From Balanoglossus misakiensis (taxonomy: Eukaryota > Animalia > Hemichordata): DNA of 64,000 bases. Every line of letters begins with the position of its first letter. Within the stretch, counting starts at the first letter, position 1. The position numbers and the translations under genes were made by a program. The notes under the pieces are model-generated. The model worked only from the letters and a program-made list of their open reading frames with translations. It did no database searches and was not told where the DNA came from. The stretch lies in contig CM082590.2 in the NCBI GenBank assembly GCA_040954595.2, positions 2,170,001 to 2,234,000 of the forward strand, in the 5' to 3' direction. Below, one piece after another: positions 51,901 through 64,000 of this stretch.

Positions 51901-54900
51901 GGGTACTTATTCTCTGCCCTAGCAAGGGCCAGGGGTACCAATTCTCTGCCCTAGCAAGGTCCAGAGGCACTTATTCACTGGCCTACAAGGTCCATGGGTA
52001 CTTATTCTCTGCCCTAGCAAGGTCCAGGGGTACCAATTCTCTGCCCTAGCAAGGGCCAGGGGTACCAATTCACAGCCCTAGCAAGGGCCAGGGGTACTTA
52101 TTCTCTGCCCTAGCAAGGTCCAGGGGTACCAATTCTCTGCCCTAGCAAGGGCCAGGGGTACTTATTCTCTGCCCTAGCAAGGGCCAGGGGTACTTATTCT
52201 CTGCCCTAGCAAGGTCCAGGGGTACCAATTCTCTGCCCTAGCAAGGGCCAGGGGTACTTATTCTCTGCCCTAGCAAGGGCCAGGGGTACTTATTCTCTGC
52301 CCTAGCAAGGTCCAGGGGTACCAATTCTCAGCCCTAGCATGGTCCAGGGGTACCAATTCTCTGCCCTATCAAGGTCCATGGGTTCTTATTCTCTGCCCTA
52401 GCAAGGTCCAGAGGCACTTATTCTCTGCCCTAGCAAGGTCCAGAGGCACTTATTCTCTGCCCTTGCATGGTCCAGGGGTACCAATTCTCTGCCCTTGCAT
52501 GGTCCAGGGGTACTTATTCTCTGCCCTTGCATGGTCCAGGGGTACCAATTCTCTGCCCTTGCATGGTCCAGGGGTACTTATTCTCTGCCCTAGCAAGGGC
52601 CAGGGGTACTTATTCTCTGCCCTAGCAAGGGCCAGGGGTACTTATTCTCTGTCCTATCAAGGTCCATGGGTTCTTATTCTGTGCCCTAGCAAGGTCCAGG
52701 GGTACTTATTCTCTGCCCTAGCAAGGTCTAGGGGTACCAATTCTCAGCCCTAGCAAGGGCCAGGGGTACCAATTCTCTGCCCTAGCAAGGTCGAGGGGTA
52801 CCAATTCTCTGCCCTTGCATGGTCCAGGGGTACTTATTCTCTGCCCTAGCAAGGTCCAGGGGTACCAATTCTCTGCCCTAGCAAGGGCCAGGGGTACTTA
52901 TTCACTGGCCTAGCAAGGTCCATGGGTTCTTATTCTCTGCCCTAGCAAGGTCCAGGGGTACCAATTCTCTGCCCTTGCATGGTCCAGGGGTACCAATTCT
53001 CTGCCCTAGCAAGGTCCAGGGGTACCAATTCTCTGCCCTTGCATGGCCCAGGGGTACTTATTCTCTGCCCTAGCAAGGTCCAGGGGTACCAATTCTCTGC
53101 CCTAGCAAGGTCCAGAGGCACTTATTCACTGGCCTAGCAAGGTCCATGGGTACTTATTCTCTGCCCTAGCAAGGTCCAGGGGTACCAATTCTCTGCCCTA
53201 GCAAGGGCCAGGGGTACCAATTCACAGCCCTAGCAAGGGCCAGGGGTACTTATTGTCTGCCCTAGCAAGGTCCAGGGGTACCAATTCTCTGCCCTAGCAA
53301 GGGCCAGGGGTACTTATTCTCTGCCCTAGCAAGGTCCAGGGGTACCAATTCTCAGCCCTAGCAAGGGCAGGGGTACCAATTCTCTGCCCTAGCAAGGGCC
53401 AGGGGTACTTATTCTCTGCCCTAGCAAGGGCCGGGGGTACTTATTCTCTGCCCTAGCAAGGTCCAGGGGTACCAATTCTCAGCCCTAGCATGGTCCAGGG
53501 GTACCAATTCTCTGCCCTAGCAAGGTCCAGAGGCACTTATTCTCTGCCCTAGCAAGGTCCAGGGGTACCAATTCTCTGCCCTTGCATGGTCCAGGGGTAC
53601 CAATTCTCTGCCCTTGCATGGTCCAGGGATACTTATTCTCTGCCCTTGCATGGTCCAGGGGTACTTATTCACTGGCCTAGCAAGGTCCTGGGGAACTTAT
53701 TCTCTGCCCTTGCATGGTCCAGGGGTACCAATTCTCTGCCCTTGCATGGTCCAGGGGTACTTATTCTCTGCCCTTGCATGGTCCAGGGGTACTTATTCAC
53801 TGGCCTAGCAAGGTCCAGAGGCACTTATTCACTGGCCTAGCAAGGTCCATGGGTTCTTATTCTCTGCCCTAGCAAGGTCCAGGGGTACTTATTCTCTGCC
53901 TTGGCAAGGTCCAGTGGTACCAATTCTCTGCCCTAGCAAGGTCCAGGGGCACTTATTCTTAGCCCTAGCAAGGGCCAGGGGTACCAATTCTCTGCCCTAG
54001 CAAGGGCCAGGGGTACCAATTCTCTGCCCTAGCAAGGTCCAGGGGTACCAATTCTGTGCCCTTGCATGGTCCAGGGGTACTTATTCACTGCCCTAGCAAG
54101 GTCCAGGGGTACCAATTCTCTGCCCTAGCAAGGGCCAGGGGTACCAATTCTCTGCCCTAGCAAGGTCCAGGGGTACTTATTCTCTGCCCTAGCAAGGTCC
54201 ATGGGTTCTTATTCTCTGCCCTTGCATGGTCCAGGGGTACCAATTCTCTGCCCTTGCATGGTCCAGGGGTACCAATTCTCTGCCCTAGCAAGGTCCAGGG
54301 GCACTTATTCTCTGCCCTAGCAAGGGCCAGGGGTACCAATTCTATGCCCTAGCAAGGGCCAGGGGTACCAATTCTCTGCCCTAGCAAGGGCCAGGGGTAC
54401 CAATTCTCTGCCCTAGCAAGGGCCAGGGGTACCAATTCTCTGCCCTAGCAAGGTCCAGGGGTACCAATTCTGTGCCCTTGCAAGGTCCAGGGGTACCAAT
54501 TCTCTGCCCTAGTAAGGGCCAGGGGTACCAATTCTCTGCCCTAGCAAGGTCCAGGGGTACTTATTCTCTGCCCTAGCAAGGTCCATGGGTTCTTATTCTC
54601 TGCCCTTGCATGGTCCAGGGGTACCAATTCTCTGCCCTTGCATGGTCCAGGGGTACCAATTCTCTGCCCTAGCAAGGTCCAGGGGCACTTATTCTCTGCC
54701 CTAGCAAGGGCCAGGGGTACCAATTCTCTGCCCTAGCAAGGGCCAGGGGTACCAATTCTCTGCCCTAGCAAGGGCCAGGGGTACCAATTCTCTGCCCTAG
54801 CAAGGTCCAGGGGTACCAATTCTCTGCACTTGCATGGTCCAGGGGTACTTATTCTCTGCCCTTGCATGGTCCAGGGGTACCAATTCTCTGCCCTTGCATG

Positions 54901-57900
54901 GTCCAGGGGTACCAATTCTCTGCCCTTGCATGGTCCAGGGGTACTTATTCTCTGCCCTAGCAAGGGCCAGGGGCACTTATTCTCTGCCCTAGCAAGGGCC
55001 AGGGGCACTTATTCTCTGCCCTAGCAAGGGCCAGGGGTACCAATTCTCTGCCCTAGCAAGGGCCAGGGGTACCAATTCTCTGCCCTAGCAAGGGCCAGGG
55101 GTACCAATTCTCTGCCCTAGCAAGGGCCAGGGGTACCAATTCTCTGCCCTTGCATGGTCCAGGGGTACTTATTCTCTGCCCTTGCATGGTCCAGGGGTAC
55201 CAATTCTCTGCCCTTGCATGGTCCAGGGGTACCAATTCTCTGCCCTAGCAAGGTCCAGGGGCACTTATTCTCTGCCCTAGCAAGGGCCAGGGGTACCAAT
55301 TCTCTGCCCTAGCAAGGGCCAGGGGTACCAATTCTCTGCCCTAGCAAGGGCCAGGGGTACCAATTCTCTGCCCTAGCAAGGTCCAGGGGTACCAATTCTC
55401 TGCACTTGCATGGTCCAGGGGTACTTATTCTCTGCCCTTGCATGGTCCTGGGGTACCAATTCTCTGCCCTTGCATGGTCCAGGGGTACCAATTCTCTGCC
55501 CTTGCATGGTCCAGGGGTACTTATTCTCTGCCCTAGCAAGGGCCAGGGGCACTTATTCTCTGCCCTAGCAAGGGCCAGGGGTACCAATTCTCTGCCCTAG
55601 CAAGGGCCAGGGGTACCAATTCTCTGCCCTAGCAAGGGCCAGGGGTACCAATTCTCTGCCCTAGCAAGGGCCAGGGGTACCAATTCTCTGCCCTTGCATG
55701 GTCCAGGGGTACTTATTCTCTGCCCTTGCATGGTCCAGGGGTACCAATTCTCTGCCCTTGCATGGTCCAGGGGTACCAATTCTCTGCCCTTGCATGGTCC
55801 AGGGGTACTTATTTTCTGCCCTAGCATGGTCCAGGGGTTCTTATTCTCTGCCCTAGCATGGTCCAGGGGTTCTTATTCTCTGCCCTAGCAAGGTCCAGGG
55901 GTACTTATTCTCTGCCCTAGCATGGTCCAGGGGTTCTTATTCTCTGCCCTAGCATGGTCCAGGGGTTCTTATTCTCTGCCCTAGCAAGGTCCAGGGGTAC
56001 TTATTCTCTGCCCTAGCAAGGTCCAGGGGTACCAATTCTCTGCCCTAGCAAGGTCCAGGGGTACTTATTCTCTGCCTTATCAAGGTCCAGGGGTACTTAT
56101 TCTCAGCCCTAGCAAGGTCCAGGGGTACCAATTCTCTGCCCTAGCAAGGGCCAGGGGTACCAATTCTCTGCCCTAGCAAGGGCCAGGGGTACCAATTCTC
56201 TGCCCTAGCAAGGTCCAGGGGTACCAATTCTCTGCACTTGCATGGTCCAGGGGTACCAATTCTCTGCCCTTGCATGGTCAAGAGGCATTTATTCTCTGCC
56301 CTAGCAAGGTCCAGGGGTACCAATTCTCTGCCCTTGCATGGTCCAGGGGTACTTATTCTCTCCCCTTGCATGGTCCAGGGGTACCAATTCTCTGCCCTTG
56401 CATGGTCCAGGGGTACCAATTCTCTGCCCTTGCATGGTCCAGGGGTACTTATTCTCTGCCCTTGCATGGTCCAGGGATACTTATTCTCTGCCCTTGCATG
56501 GTCCAGGGGTACTTATTCACTGGCCTAGCAAGGTCCTGGGGAACTTATTCTCTGCCCTTGCATGGTCCAGGGGTACCAATTCTCTGCCCTTGCATGGTCC
56601 AGGGTTACTTATTCTCTGCCCTTGCATGGTCCAGGGGTACTTATTCACTGGCCTAGCAAGGTCCAGAGGCACTTATTCACTGGCCTAGCAAGGTCCATGG
56701 GTTCTTATTCTCTGCCCTAGCAAGGTCCAGGGGTACTTATTCTCTGCCCTAGCAAGGTCCAGTGGTACCAATTCTCTGCCCTAGCAAGGTCCAGGGGCAC
56801 TTATTCTCAGCCCTAGCAAGGGCCAGGGGTACCAATTCTCTGCCCTAGCAAGGGCCAGGGGTACCAATTCTCTGCCCTAGCAAGGTCCAGGGGCACAAAT
56901 TCTGTGCCCTTGCATGGTCCAGGGGTACTTATTCACTGCCCTAGCAAGGTCCAGGGGTACCAATTCTCTGCCCTAGCAAGGGCCAGGGGTACCAATTCTC
57001 TGCCCTAGCAAGGTCCAGGGGTACTTATTCTCTGCCCTAGCAAGGTCCATGGGTTCTTATTCTCTGCCCTTGCATGGTCCAGGGGTACCAATTCTCTGCC
57101 CTTGCATGGTCCAGGGGTACCAATTCTCTGCCCTAGCAAGGTCCAGGGGCACTTATTCTCTGCCCTAGCAAGGGCCAGGGGTACCAATTCTATGCCCTAG
57201 TAAGGGCCAGGGGTACCAATTCTCTGCCCTAGCAAGGGCCAGGGGTACCAATTCTCTGCCCTAGCAAGGGCCAGGGGTACTTATTCTCTGCCCTAGCAAG
57301 GGCCAGGGGTACCAATTCTCTGCCATAGCAAGGGCCAGGGGTACTTATTCTCTGCCCTATCAAGGTCCATGGGTTCTTATTCTCTGCCCTAGCAAGGTCC
57401 AGGGGTACCAATTCTCTGCCCTAGCAAGGGCCAGGGGTACTTATTCTCTGCCCTATCAAGGTCCAGGGGTACTTATTCTCAGCCCTAGCAAGGTCCAGGG
57501 GTACCAATTCTCTGCCCTAGCAAGGGCCAGGGGTACCAATTCTCTGCCCTTGCATGGTCCAGGGGTACTTATTCTCTGCCCTAGCAAGGGCCAGGGGTAC
57601 CAATTCTCTGCCCTAGCAAGGGCCAGGGGTACTTATTCACTGGCCTAGCAAGGTCCATGGGTTCTTATTCTCTGTCCTATCAAGGTCCATGGGTTCTTAT
57701 TCTGTGCCCTAGCAAGGTCCAGGGGTACTTATTCTCTGCCCTAGCAAGGTCCAGGGGTACCAATTCTCAGCCCTAGCAAGGGCCAGGGATACCAATTCTC
57801 TGCCCTAGCAAGGTCCAGGGGTACCAATTCCCTGCCCTTGCATGGTCCAGGGGTACTTATTCTCTGCCCTAGCAAGGTCCAGGGGTACCAATTCTCTGCC

Positions 57901-60900
57901 CTAGCAAGGGCCAGGGGTACTTATTCACTGGCCTAGCAAGGTCCATGGGTTCTTATTCTCTGCCCTAGCAAGGTCCAGGGGTACCAATTCTCTGCCCTAG
58001 CAAGGTCCAGGGGTACCAATTCTCTGCCCTTGCATGGTCCAGGGGTACTTATTCTCTGCCCTAGCAAGGGCCAGGGGTACTTATTCTCTGCCCTAGCAAG
58101 GGCCAGGGGTACCAATTCTCTGCCCTAGCAAGGGCCAGGGGTACTTATTCTCTGCCCTAGCAAGGGCCAGGGGTACAAATTCTCTGCCCTAGCAAGGTCC
58201 AGAGGCACTTATTCACTGGCCTACAAGGTCCATGGGTACTTATTCTCTGCCCTAGCAAGGTCCAGGGGTACCAATTCTCTGCCCTAGCAAGGGCCAGGGG
58301 TACCAATTCACAGCCCTAGCAAGGGCCAGGGGTACTTATTCTCTGCCCTAGCAAGGTCCAGGGGTACCAATTCTCTGCCCTAGCAAGGTCCAGGGGTACT
58401 AATTCTCTGCCCTAGCAAGGGCCAGGGGTACCAATTCTCTGCCCTAGCAAGGGCCAGGGGTACTTATTCTCTGCCCTAGCAAGGGCCAGGGGTACTTATT
58501 CTCTGCCCTAGCAAGGTCCAGGGGTACCAATTCTCAGCCCTAGCATGGTCCAGGGGTACCAATTCTCTGCCCTATCAAGGTCCATGGGTTCTTATTCTCT
58601 GCCCTAGCAAGGTCCAGAGGCACTTATTCTCTGCCAGCAAGGTCCAGAGGCACTTATTCTCTGCCCTTGCATGGTCCAGGGGTACCAATTCTCTGCCCTT
58701 GCATGGTCCAGGGGTACTTATTCTCTGCCCTTGCATGGTCCAGGGGTACCAATTCTCTGCCCTTGCATGGTCCTGGGGTACCAATTCTCTGCCCTTGCAT
58801 GGTCCAGGGGTACTTATTCTCTGCCCTAGCAAGGGTCAGGGGTACTTATTCTCTGCCCTAGCAAGGGCCAGGGGCACTTATTCTCTGCCCTTGCATGGTC
58901 CAGGGGTACCAATTCTCTGCCCTAGCATGGTCCAGGGGTACCAATTCTCTGCCCTATCAAGGTCCATGGGTTCTTATTCTCTGCCCTAGCAAGGTCCAGA
59001 GGCACTTATTCTCTGCCCTAGCAAGGTCCAGAGGCACTTATTCTCTGCCCTTGCATGGTCCAGGGGTACCAATTCTCTGCCCTTGCATGGTCCAGGGGTA
59101 CTTATTCTCTGCCCTTGCATGGTCCAGGGGTACCAATTCTCTGCCCTTGCATGGTCCAGGGGTACTTATTCTCTGCCCTAGCAAGGGCCAGGGGTACTTA
59201 TTCTCTGCCCTAGCAAGGGCCAGGGGCACTTATTCTCTGCCCTTGCATGGTCCAGGGGTACCAATTCTCTGCCCTAGCAAGGTCCAGGGGTACCAATTCT
59301 CTGCCCTCGCAAGGTCCAGGGGTACTTATTCTCTGCCCTAGGAAGGGCCAGGGGTACTTATTCTCTGCCCTAGCAAGGGCCAGGGGTACCAATTCTCTGC
59401 CATAGCAAGGGCCAGGGGTACTTATTCTCTGCCCTATCAAGGTCCATGGGTTCTTATTCTCTGCCCTAGCAAGGTCCAGGGGTACCAATTCTCTGCCCTA
59501 GCAAGGGCCAGGGGTACTTATTCTCTGCCCTATCAAGGTCCAGGGGTACTTATTCTCAGCCCTAGCAAGGTCCAGGGGTACCAATTCTCTGCCCTAGCAA
59601 GGGCCAGGGGTACCAATTCTCTGCCCTTGCATGGTCCAGGGGTACTTATTCTCTGCCCTAGCAAGGGCCAGGGGTACCAATTCTCTGCCCTAGCAAGGGC
59701 CAGGGGTACTTATTCACTGGCCTAGCAAGGTCCATGGGTTCTTATTCTCTGCCCTAGCAAGGTCCAGGGGTACCAATTCTCAGCCCTAGCAAGGGCCAGG
59801 GATACCAATTCTCTGCCCTAGCAAGGTCCAGGGGTACCAATTCTCTGCCCTTGCATGGTCCAGGGGTACTTATTCTCTGCCCTAGCAAGGTCCAGGGGTA
59901 CCAATTCTCTGCCCTAGCAAGGGCCAGGGGTACTTATTCACTGGCCTAGCAAGGTCCATGGGTTCTTATTCTCTGCCCTAGCAAGGTCCAGGGGTACCAA
60001 TTCTCTGCCCTAGCAAGGTCCAGGGGTACCAATTCTCTGCCCTTGCATGGTCCAGGGGTACTTATTCTCTGCCCTAGCAAGGGCCAGGGGTACTTATTCT
60101 CTGCCCTAGCAAGGGCCAGGGGTACCAATTCTCTGCCCTAGCAAGGGCCAGGGGTACTTATTCTCTGCCCTAGCAAGGGCCAGGGGTACCAATTCTCTGC
60201 CCTAGCAAGGTCCAGAGGCACTTATTCACTGGCCTACAAGGTCCATGGGTACTTATTCTCTGCCCTAGCAAGGTCCAGGGGTACCAATTCTCTGCCCTAG
60301 CAAGGGCCAGGGGTACCAATTCACAGCCCTAGCAAGGGCCAGGGGTACTTATTCTCTGCCCTAGCAAGGTCCAGGGGTACCAATTCTCTGCCCTAGCAAG
60401 GTCCAGGGGTACTTATTCTCTGCCCTAGCAAGGGCCAGGGGTACCAATTCTCTGCCCTAGCAAGGGCCAGGGGTACTTATTCTCTGCCCTAGCAAGGGCC
60501 AGGGGTACTTATTCTCTGCCCTAGCAAGGTCCAGGGGTACCAATTCTCAGCCCTAGCATGGTCCAGGGGTACCAATTCTCTGCCCTATCAAGGTCCATGG
60601 GTTCTTATTCTCTGCCCTAGCAAGGTCCAGAGGCACTTATTCTCTGCCCTAGCAAGGTCCAGAGGCACTTATTCTCTGCCCTTGCATGGTCCAGGGGTAC
60701 CAATTCTCTGCCCTTGCATGGTCCAGGGGTACTTATTCTCTGCCCTTGCATGGTCCAGGGGTACCAATTCTCTGCCCTTGCATGGTCCAGGGGTACTTAT
60801 TCTCTGCCCTAGCAAGGGCCAGGGGTACTTATTCTCTGCCCTAGCAAGGGCCAGGGGTACTTATTCTCTGTCCTATCAAGATCCATGGGTTCTTATTCTG

Positions 60901-63900
60901 TGCCCTAGCAAGGTCCAGGGGTACTTATTCTCTGCCCTAGCAAGGTCTAGGGGTACCAATTCTCAGCCCTAGCAAGGGCCAGGGGTACCAATTCTCTGCC
61001 CTAGCAAGGTCCAGGGGTACCAATTCTCTGCCCTTGCATGGTCCAGGGGTACTTATTCTCTGCCCTAGCAAGGTCCAGGGGTACCAATTCTCTGCCCTAG
61101 CAAGGGCCAGGGGTACTTATTCACTGGCCTAGCAAGGTCCATGGGTTCTTATTCTCTGCCCTAGCAAGGTCCAGGGGTACCAATTCTCTGCCCTTGCATG
61201 GTCCAGGGGTACCAATTCTCTGCCCTAGCAAGGTCCAGGGGTACCAATTCTCTGCCCTTGCATGGTCCAGGGGTACTTATTCTCTGCCCTAGCAAGGTCC
61301 AGGGGTACCAATTCTCTGCCCTAGCAAGGTCCAGAGGCACTTATTCACTGGCCTAGCAAGGTCCATGGGTACTTATTCTCTGCCCTAGCAAGGTCCAGGG
61401 GTACCAATTCTCTGCCCTAGCAAGGGCCAGGGGTACCAATTCACAGCCCTAGCAAGGGCCAGGGGTACTTATTGTCTGCCCTAGCAAGGTCCAGGGGTAC
61501 CAATTCTCTGCCCTAGCAAGGGCCAGGGGTACTTATTCTCTGCCCTAGCAAGGTCCAGGGGTACCAATTCTCAGCCCTAGCAAGGGCAGGGGTACCAATT
61601 CTCTGCCCTAGCAAGGGCCAGGGGTACTTATTCTCTGCCCTAGCAAGGGCCGGGGGTACTTATTCTCTGCCCTAGCAAGGTCCAGGGGTACCAATTCTCA
61701 GCCCTAGCATGGTCCAGGGGTACCAATTCTCTGCCCTAGCAAGGTCCAGAGGCACTTATTCTCTGCCCTAGCAAGGTCCAGGGGTACCAATTCTCTGCCC
61801 TTGCATGGTCCAGGGGTACCAATTCTCTGCCCTTGCATGGTCCAGGGATACTTATTCTCTGCCCTTGCATGGTCCAGGGGTACTTATTCACTGGCCTAGC
61901 AAGGTCCTGGGGAACTTATTCTCTGCCCTTGCATGGTCCAGGGGTACCAATTCTCTGCCCTTGCATGGTCCAGGGGTACTTATTCTCTGCCCTTGCATGG
62001 TCCAGGGGTACTTATTCACTGGCCTAGCAAGGTCCAGAGGCACTTATTCACTGGCCTAGCAAGGTCCATGGGTTCTTATTCTCTGCCCTAGCAAGGTCCA
62101 GGGGTACTTATTCTCTGCCCTAGCAAGGTCCAGTGGTACCAATTCTCTGCCCTAGCAAGGTCCAGGGGCACTTATTCTCAGCCCTAGCAAGGGCCAGGGG
62201 TACCAATTCTCTGCCCTAGCAAGGGCCAGGGGTACCAATTCTCTGCCCTAGCTAGGTCCAGGGGTACCAATTCTGTGCCCTTGCATGGTCCAGGGGTACT
62301 TATTCACTGCCCTAGCAAGGTCCAGGGGTACCAATTCTCTGCCCTAGCAAGGGCCAGGGGTACCAATTCTCTGCCCTAGCAAGGTCCAGGGGTACTTATT
62401 CTCTGCCCTAGCAAGGTCCATGGGTTCTTATTCTCTGCCCTTGCATGGTCCAGGGGTACCAATTCTCTGCCCTTGCATGGTCCAGGGGTACCAATTCTCT
62501 GCCCTAGCAAGGTCCAGGGGCACTTATTCTCTGCCCTAGCAAGGGCCAGGGGTACCAATTCTATGCCCTAGCAAGGGCCAGGGGTACCAATTCTCTGCCC
62601 TAGCAAGGGCCAGGGGTACCAATTCTCTGCCCTAGCAAGGGCCAGGGGTACCAATTCTCTGCCCTAGCAAGGTCCAGGGGTACCAATTCTGTGCCCTTGC
62701 AAGGTCCAGGGGTACCAATTCTCTGCCCTAGTAAGGGCCAGGGGTACCAATTCTCTGCCCTAGCAAGGTCCAGGGGTACTTATTCTCTGCCCTAGCAAGG
62801 TCCATGGGTTCTTATTCTCTGCCCTTGCATGGTCCAGGGGTACCAATTCTCTGCCCTTGCATGGTCCAGGGGTACCAATTCTCTGCCCTAGCAAGGTCCA
62901 GGGGCACTTATTCTCTGCCCTAGCAAGGGCCAGGGGTACCAATTCTCTGCCCTAGCAAGGGCCAGGGGTACCAATTCTCTGCCCTAGCAAGGGCCAGGGG
63001 TACCAATTCTCTGCCCTAGCAAGGTCCAGGGGTACCAATTCTCTGCACTTGCATGGTCCAGGGGTACTTATTCTCTGCCCTTGCATGGTCCAGGGGTACC
63101 AATTCTCTGCCCTTGCATGGTCCAGGGGTACCAATTCTCTGCCCTTGCATGGTCCAGGGGTACTTATTCTCTGCCCTAGCAAGGGCCAGGGGCACATATT
63201 CTCTGCCCTAGCAAGGGCCAGGGGTACCAATTCTCTGCCCTAGCAAGGGCCAGGGGTACCAATTCTCTGCCCTAGCAAGGGCCAGGGGTACCAATTCTCT
63301 GCCCTAGCAAGGGCCAGGGGTACCAATTCTCTGCCCTTGCATGGTCCAGGGGTACTTATTCTCTGCCCTTGCATGGTCCAGGGGTACCAATTCTCTGCCC
63401 TTGCATGGTCCAGGGGTACCAATTCTCTGCCCTTGCATGGTCCAGGGGTACTTATTTTCTGCCCTAGCATGGTCCAGGGGTTCTTATTCTCTGCCCTAGC
63501 ATGGTCCAGGGGTTCTTATTCTCTGCCCTAGCAAGGTCCAGGGGTACTTATTCTCTGCCCTAGCATGGTCCAGGGGTTCTTATTCTCTGCCCTAGCATGG
63601 TCCAGGGGTTCTTATTCTCTGCCCTAGCAAGGTCCAGGGGTACTTATTCTCTGCGCTAGCAAGGTCCAGGGGTACCAATTCTCTGCCCTAGCAAGGTCCA
63701 GGGGTACTTATTCTCTGCCTTATCAAGGTCCAGGGGTACTTATTCTCAGCCCTAGCAAGGTCCAGGGGTACCAATTCTCTGCCCTAGCAAGGGCCAGGGG
63801 TACCAATTCTCTGCCCTAGCAAGGGCCAGGGGTACCAATTCTCTGCCCTAGCAAGGTCCAGGGGTACCAATTCTCTGCACTTGCATGGTCCAGGGGTACC

Positions 63901-64000
63901 AATTCTCTGCCCTTGCATGGTCCAGAGGCATTTATTCTCTGCCCTAGCAAGGTCCAGGGGTACCAATTCTCTGCCCTTGCATGGTCCAGGGGTACTTATT
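48970..64000 (+). repeat. About 8.3-kb tandem duplication (second copy starts near 57250 and is cut by the window end), with internal 2045-, 2848-, 576- and 384-bp duplications
   Basis: gccatagcaa 49039/57322 and the 30-bp monomer gccagcaagg 50350/58633 (both +8283); ORF offsets 8283, 8315, 8251, 8219, 7643; internal offsets 48850/50895 (2045), 54157/57005 (2848), 54733/55309 (576), 54157/54541 (384). Confidence 0.92.

Larger units (their letters stand above)
1..64000 (+). repeat. 32-bp satellite tandem array, about 2,000 head-to-tail monomers, consensus GCCCTAGCAAGG(T/G)CCAGGGGTAC(CA/TT)ATTCTCT; runs off both window ends
   Basis: Monomers start at 1, 33, 65 and so on, through to 63941. Register (start mod 32) moves from 1 to 5, which matches the net -28 bp of indels I counted. 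No inverted copies or non-repeat inserts seen. Confidence 0.99.

Noticed and set aside
81-63966. About 80 short ORFs (60-148 aa) on both strands with repetitive PGVPILCP / LARSRGT / GYQFSA peptides
   Set aside because: They are translations of the 32-bp unit cycling through three frames every 96 bp. The palindromic CTAG supplies a stop on both strands, so ORFs appear where variants remove it. They overlap in several frames, mostly start at TTG/GTG, and show no domain or codon signal.
1-64000. CRISPR array (32-bp repeat with an internal hairpin)
   Set aside because: The repeats abut directly with no unique spacers, and there is no leader or cas gene.
1-64000. Telomeric repeat, or an information-encoding or synthetic array
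   Set aside because: There is no canonical telomere motif and no chromosome end in view. Variant order is explained by nested duplication with scattered mutations, so no designed code is needed.
1-64000. Hidden insertion, inversion or mobile element within the array
   Set aside because: None seen on reading through, and the register accounting (net -28 bp from five indel types) closes exactly.

Overview
The whole 64,000-bp window is one uninterrupted, single-orientation tandem array (satellite DNA) of about 2,000 copies of a 32-bp monomer. The consensus is GCCCTAGCAAGG(T/G)CCAGGGGTAC(CA/TT)ATTCTCT, about 50-59% GC depending on variant, with no CpG. I see no unique sequence, gene, RNA gene, transposon or CRISPR spacer, and every ORF in the track is an artefact of translating the repeat. 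I do not recognise the satellite family or host; a eukaryotic heterochromatic or centromeric array is the likely context (inference). I found no new protein-coding system. The information lies in the array's organisation: (i) a small alphabet of monomer classes defined by tightly linked variants; (ii) nested segmental duplications from 192 bp to about 8.3 kb, nearly all exact multiples of 32 bp after correcting for indel markers; (iii) strong length conservation, with only five distinct indel types in 64 kb; (iv) a lineage boundary near 28-30 kb; (v) a monomer with an internal hairpin, a possible 16-bp sub-repeat and an RFX X-box-like motif. Coordinates were read by eye, so block edges are approximate to 1-3 monomers.
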